From positions 3,257 to 67,256 of the forward strand of contig MNWR01000015.1 of the NCBI GenBank assembly GCA_001872725.1: a stretch of DNA of 64,000 nt, read 5' to 3'. Both the position numbers and the translations under genes were made by a program. This document shows, piece after piece, positions 59,977 through 64,000 of this stretch (position 1 is the first letter of the stretch; every line of letters starts with the position of its first letter). Below the pieces are notes generated by a model that was not told the DNA's origin, ran no database searches, and was given only the letters and a program-made list of their open reading frames with translations. This DNA is from Proteobacteria bacterium CG1_02_64_396 (lineage in GTDB: Bacteria; Pseudomonadota; MNWR01; CG1-02-64-396).

Positions 59977-61385
59977 GGTTGGGCCTCCCCGGCGGTGGGC
60001 ATTTCGGGAATCAGGGTGGCGGTGATCGCCTTCTGAGGGTCTAAGTAGCGGCGGACCACCCGCTGCACGTCCTGCTTGGTGACGGCGCGGATGCCGGAGA
60101 GCATACGGTCAAGCTCCGACAGGGGCTGGCCGATACTGACGACCTGACCGATTTTCATGGCTTGGTAGAAGACTGAATCGCGAGAAAACACCTCGTCGGC
60201 CTCCACCGCGATGCGGGCCTTGGCCAGCTCCTCCTCGTTCGGCCCCTCCCGACCGAGCTTGGCGATTTCAGCTTGGGCCTGCGCCAAAAAGGTGGTGGGA
60301 TCGACCTCGGGGCGTAGCCCTCCCGACAGGGTGACGAGGTCACGCCCCCGGGTTAGGGGGGAGATGCCGATGCCAACGCCGAAGGCCAGCTCCTGCTCAC
60401 GAGAAAGTTTTTTAACCAAGCGGGCGGTTTCCCCCCCGGCCAGGATGTGGCAGGCGACCATCATGGCGTCGATGTCGCCCCGCGCACTCGGCTCCGGCCC
60501 CAGCCAACCCCGGTAGACGGTTCCCAGTTGAGCGGGGCGGTGCAGGGTGATATCGCGCGGTCCCATGGGGTCGGGTTCGCTGCGCAGGGGGCGCTGCGCC
60601 AAGGGGGGGACGTCGCGGCGGTGGGCGACCGCGCCGAAGGTTTTGCGGGCCAGCGCAATGGTTTGGGCCGGATCGACATCGCCAACCACCACAACCGTGG
60701 CGTTGGCCGGGTCGTAAAAGCGTTGATACCAGTCGACCAACTGTTCGTGGCTCCAGCCGGTGATGTCGCCGGGCCAACCGATCACCGGGTGGTGGTAGGG
60801 GTAGACCTGATAGGCGGCGGCCTGGAGTTGTTCGTAGAGCAGGCTGTCGGGGTTGTCGTCGGTGCGCATGTGCCGCTCTTCGGCGACCACCATCCGCTCT
60901 TTGGCAAACTCCTCGGCATCGAGCAACAGGTTGGCCATGCGGTCGGCTTCGAGCGCCATGACCACCGGCAAACGATCGGAGGCAACCTTGGCAAAGTAGG
61001 CGGTGGCATCGGCGGTAGTGAAGGCGTTTTCGCTCCCCCCCTCGCCGGCGATGATCCGAGAGTACTGCCCCGCACCGTGCTTCTGGGTCCCCTTGAACAT
61101 CATGTGTTCGAGCATGTGGCTGATCCCGGTCCAGCCGGTCGGTTCGTCGACCGCGCCGACCCGGTACCACACCTGCACCACCGCCACCGGCGCCTTATGG
61201 TCCTCTTGAATCAATAAATCCAAGCCGTTGGCAAAGTGCTCGTGGACGATGTTGCCCCCGGTCAGATCGCTGGCCTGAATCTCGGGCATCGCCGGTTCGG
61301 CCCAGGCAGCGGCAGACAGCAGGCAGCCCGCCAGCAGGGCCAACGGGGCAAAGGAGGACGGCGGCGGAGTTGGAGTCATACGCAC
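59973..61385 (-). CDS. M16-family zinc peptidase, active subunit.
   Basis: HxxEH motif GISHMLEHMMF. Signal peptide. Overlaps the downstream gene by 4 nt. Confidence 0.85.
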   Translation of the reverse strand: MRMTPTPPPSSFAPLALLAGCLLSAAAWAEPAMPEIQASDLTGGNIVHEHFANGLDLLIQEDHKAPVAVVQVWYRVGAVDEPTGWTGISHMLEHMMFKGTQKHGAGQYSRIIAGEGGSENAFTTADATAYFAKVASDRLPVVMALEADRMANLLLDAEEFAKERMVVAEERHMRTDDNPDSLLYEQLQAAAYQVYPYHHPVIGWPGDITGWSHEQLVDWYQRFYDPANATVVVVGDVDPAQTIALARKTFGAVAHRRDVPPLAQRPLRSEPDPMGPRDITLHRPAQLGTVYRGWLGPEPSARGDIDAMMVACHILAGGETARLVKKLSREQELAFGVGIGISPLTRGRDLVTLSGGLRPEVDPTTFLAQAQAEIAKLGREGPNEEELAKARIAVEADEVFSRDSVFYQAMKIGQVVSIGQPLSELDRMLSGIRAVTKQDVQRVVRRYLDPQKAITATLIPEMPTAGEAQP

Positions 61386-61429
61386 GTGGTACTCCTGTGG
61401 GTAGGGTGGAAGAGGTCCACGAACGGCGG

Positions 61430-61837
61430 TCAGGGGGGCGGAGGGTTCCCTGCCGGGGCGGGAAGCCAGCTTTCAAGCCGGAGCAACGCCTGGGCGGCGT
61501 TCGAGCGTACCGGCAGCAGCCCGAGGAGGACTCCGAGTGAATCGGCCCCCCAGTCGGCCCATTCAAAGCTGCGATAGTCGGTCAGACCTTGCAGACACTC
61601 GATCCCCAAGCCCATCGCGATGAAGCCCAGGGCGTAGCGGCGAAGCAGCGTGGGATCGAGCAGGATTAGGGCGAACCAGCCCATCAACAGGGCATAGGCC
61701 GACAGGTGCTCCAGCTTGTCGGACCAATGGAAGTTCAGGGAGGGGGATGCCAACGGAATCAGGCAAAACACAACGATGGTCAGTGCGTAGCTCCAACCCA
61801 GAATCAACCAAAGCGGCAGCCAGCGCAGAGGTCGCAT
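61430..61837 (-). CDS. VanZ-like membrane protein.
   Basis: Three to four TM helices with a DKLEH motif. Confidence 0.55.
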   Translation of the reverse strand: MRPLRWLPLWLILGWSYALTIVVFCLIPLASPSLNFHWSDKLEHLSAYALLMGWFALILLDPTLLRRYALGFIAMGLGIECLQGLTDYRSFEWADWGADSLGVLLGLLPVRSNAAQALLRLESWLPAPAGNPPPP

Positions 61838-61844
61838 GGGTGGG

Positions 61845-62492
61845 TCAGTTCCCGGAGGCGACGGTCGGGGAGGGGTGTTTTAAGTCATGCCTGGCCAGCA
61901 GGCGCAACATCGGCTCGATGTCGATCGAGGAGACCTTGGTGTTGATCCATGGAGCGCCGACTGCATGGCGGCCTTGGGTGAAAGCGACGACGCGGATTAC
62001 GCTGCCGTTGGGGGATGCCTCCAGGAAGAGTGCGTAACGCGCACGGCGTTGTGCCGTGCTCCCCGCAGTGACGCCGAAGGCTCCTTGGGGATTCTTGATC
62101 GCGAGCCAGTCGGTACCGATGGCTGCAGCCTTCGCGTCGAGAACCAAAACCTGCATGTCGAATGCGGCATCGACCAACACCGGCCAGACCTGGTCGAACG
62201 GGCGGGGATCGGGAATCAGGACCGTCCAACGGCGACCGGAGGCGCTGGCGCCCTCAACGTCGGCGCGTTCCATCGCGCCGTCGTTTTCGGGAGTTGCCGC
62301 CCCGGAGGGGGACGGTTCGTAGAGGTTGTCGTCCAGAGAGGGGGGGGCAGACAGATTTTTTGGGGTGGGGACCGTCTCACCCGAGCCCTCGTCGATGCCC
62401 CAGAACAATTTTGGGCTTCCCGGACCGCACCCCCCCAGCATCAGGAGGATCAAGGATAAAGGAAGCCAGACCATACGGTTCGATCGAAACAT
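61845..62492 (-). CDS. Lipoprotein of unknown function (possibly BamC-like).
   Basis: Lipobox LLMLGGC. 215 aa. Confidence 0.5.
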   Translation of the reverse strand: MFRSNRMVWLPLSLILLMLGGCGPGSPKLFWGIDEGSGETVPTPKNLSAPPSLDDNLYEPSPSGAATPENDGAMERADVEGASASGRRWTVLIPDPRPFDQVWPVLVDAAFDMQVLVLDAKAAAIGTDWLAIKNPQGAFGVTAGSTAQRRARYALFLEASPNGSVIRVVAFTQGRHAVGAPWINTKVSSIDIEPMLRLLARHDLKHPSPTVASGN

Positions 62493-62495
62493 CGC

Positions 62496-63293
62496 TTAGA
62501 ACTCCACCGCGAGTTTAACGGTGGTCAGGCTTTTGGAGCCGACCTTGGCCACCTCGCCGGTCAGGGTCAGCAGGGGAATGGCGGTGATTTTGACACCAAT
62601 CGTGGTGGTGGTGACGGTTTTGCTGTACTCGCTCAAGGCAACCAGACCTGAGGTCAAGGCGCCGCTCGGGGTCGAGGTCGCCTTCATCTGGCCGACCTCG
62701 GCATAGGGTTTCACGAAGGGGAGATCGAGCCCCACCATCAACGCCACCCCTTGATCGGTCAGGGTGTAATCGGTAATACCGGTCAGTTTGCTCTGATAGG
62801 CGCGGATGTTGGCCTCAAGCATGGGTACCGGGATGAACTGACCAATCGAGAAACGGCCCTCGAAGCCAGTGACCTTCACGTTCGAGTTGGGGATCTGAAC
62901 GATCATGATTCCGGCGTCGATGCCGAAGGGGATCCCAGCCGAGGCACGCAGCTTGGGGGCCGGGACGTAGGCCGGGACGGTGAGTCCGGGGCTGGCGGCG
63001 GTCAATGCGGCCCAATGCGAGGCGTTGTTGTCGACCTTGAGCATGCTGAGCTCGGCCCCGACCGAGAAGCCTACTGGGATGATCCCGTCGGAGTGGGGTT
63101 CTGCCGAGTTGGAGGGGTTCATCCAAATTGCGGCGGCCAGATCGTCGGAGAGCCCTTCGAAGTTGGCCTGGGCGGTCGCTTGGGCGGCGGCCAATAGATC
63201 TTGGGGGTTGATGTTGAAATTACCGGCGTGGGCGGGGGCCGAGAAGGCAAGTCCGGCCATAGAGGCCAGTGCGGCGGTGCGAACGATCTTCAT
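62496..63293 (-). CDS. Outer-membrane beta-barrel protein.
   Basis: Signal peptide MKIVRTAALASMAGLAFSAPAHA. Alternating beta-strands. C-terminal Phe. AGGAGG RBS. Confidence 0.55.
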   Translation of the reverse strand: MKIVRTAALASMAGLAFSAPAHAGNFNINPQDLLAAAQATAQANFEGLSDDLAAAIWMNPSNSAEPHSDGIIPVGFSVGAELSMLKVDNNASHWAALTAASPGLTVPAYVPAPKLRASAGIPFGIDAGIMIVQIPNSNVKVTGFEGRFSIGQFIPVPMLEANIRAYQSKLTGITDYTLTDQGVALMVGLDLPFVKPYAEVGQMKATSTPSGALTSGLVALSEYSKTVTTTTIGVKITAIPLLTLTGEVAKVGSKSLTTVKLAVEF

Positions 63294-63352
63294 GTTTCTC
63301 CTCCTGGGCCTTAGGGAGCCCACTTAAATGGGATTACCTGGGGTCGGTAGCT

Positions 63353-63793
63353 TCAGTTGGAACAAAGCCGTGCCGCAATCGATGTCATCACATCAAGATC
63401 GGCGGGGGGAACAAGGTAGCTTGAAAACGCTTCCGGATGAACCCATTGCACATCGTCGTGTACGTGCAGTTGGATCGGCATGTCGGGATTGAGGTTGTCG
63501 ATCCAAAACAAAAGCAGCACCACATGCCGATCATCGTATCGATGCTCTACGAATCGCCAAGCCTGGGTCGAATCGATGGCCAGGTTCAGCTCCAACTCCT
63601 CGATCAGTTCCCTCTGCAAGGCCTGGGCCACGCTTTCGCCCAAAGCCACCTTCCCCCCCGGTAATTCGTAGTGGCCCGGCAGATGCCCCCCTTCAGGGCG
63701 CCGGGCCAGCAAAACCCGTCCGCGGGTGTCGACCAACACCGCAGCGGCAACCCATAACGTGGGGAAAGCCGCATCAGGAGCGGTAATCGGCAT
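63353..63793 (-). CDS. NUDIX hydrolase (MutT-like).
   Basis: Nudix box GHYELPGGKVALGESVAQALQRELIEELEL. Confidence 0.8.
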   Translation of the reverse strand: MPITAPDAAFPTLWVAAAVLVDTRGRVLLARRPEGGHLPGHYELPGGKVALGESVAQALQRELIEELELNLAIDSTQAWRFVEHRYDDRHVVLLLFWIDNLNPDMPIQLHVHDDVQWVHPEAFSSYLVPPADLDVMTSIAARLCSN

Positions 63794-64000
63794 TGATCTT
63801 GATGTAGTCGTAACTCAGATCGGTGCTGCGCTTGAGAGCACGACCGCGGCCAACCCCAAGATCGATGGCGATGTCGACCTCCTGCGCTTTAAACACCTCG
63901 GCCCCTTGCTCCTCACGGTAGTCGGGATGGCGTTGCCCTTCGACCACTACCGGATAGGGGCCCAGATAAATCGAGACCCGTTCCCATTCAAGCTCGGGAT
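63774..64000 (-). CDS. argJ: Glutamate N-acetyltransferase / ornithine acetyltransferase ArgJ, C-terminal part. The gene continues beyond the window.
   Basis: C-terminus ...IDLGVGRGRALKRSTDLSYDYIKINADYRS* matches the ArgJ ...YVKINAxYRS terminus. Overlaps the NUDIX start by 20 nt. Confidence 0.6.
   Translation of the reverse strand, partial: PELEWERVSIYLGPYPVVVEGQRHPDYREEQGAEVFKAQEVDIAIDLGVGRGRALKRSTDLSYDYIKINADYRS

Overview
This 64-kb window is high-GC (~65%) proteobacterial chromosome, mostly densely packed housekeeping genes. The nucleotide-metabolism, RNA-modification and transporter genes found are: lolD-like ABC transporter, pyrR-pyrB, phosphomannomutase, mnmG-rsmG, bioA, priA, trmL, clpB, cysS, corA, mscS, rimK cluster, rlmB, cca, trmB, M16 peptidases, NUDIX hydrolase, and a partial argJ. 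Several redox and signalling modules are also present: a soluble NuoE/F/G-like (formate-dehydrogenase or diaphorase type) gene set; a HydB/HydG-like Fe-S/flavin oxidoreductase pair translationally coupled to a PleD-like diguanylate cyclase; a multi-PAS GGDEF-EAL protein; and a cNMP-binding protein. No rRNA, tRNA or CRISPR array was found.

The most notable structure is an ~11-kb island (about 24.3-35.3 kb) inserted at the 3' end of clpB. It is bounded by a ~289-bp direct duplication of the clpB 3' end; the left copy is a dead gene fragment. The island has no recognisable integrase. It carries a Type III-like restriction-modification unit in the atypical order res, Bro-N/DinD-like gene, mod; the Mod protein has a long C-terminal extension. 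Next to it is a two-gene module: a small Orc1/Arch_ATPase-like P-loop NTPase and a UvrD-like SF1 helicase with an N-terminal RelE/ParE-toxin-like domain. I consider this module a candidate undescribed defence system.

Other observations: a family of ~100-200-bp MITE-like repeats with terminal inverted repeats TAGGGAAACGCTGATTCAA, present in five copies, two of which tightly flank a radC gene. A second, unrelated small inverted-repeat element lies between two convergent genes. There is an unusual pentapeptide-repeat/2Fe-2S ferredoxin/thioredoxin fusion protein. There is also a secreted collagen-like/BNR-repeat protein next to a coiled-coil PEGA-domain protein.

Many long ORFs in the six-frame track are antisense artefacts of the high GC content and were rejected.
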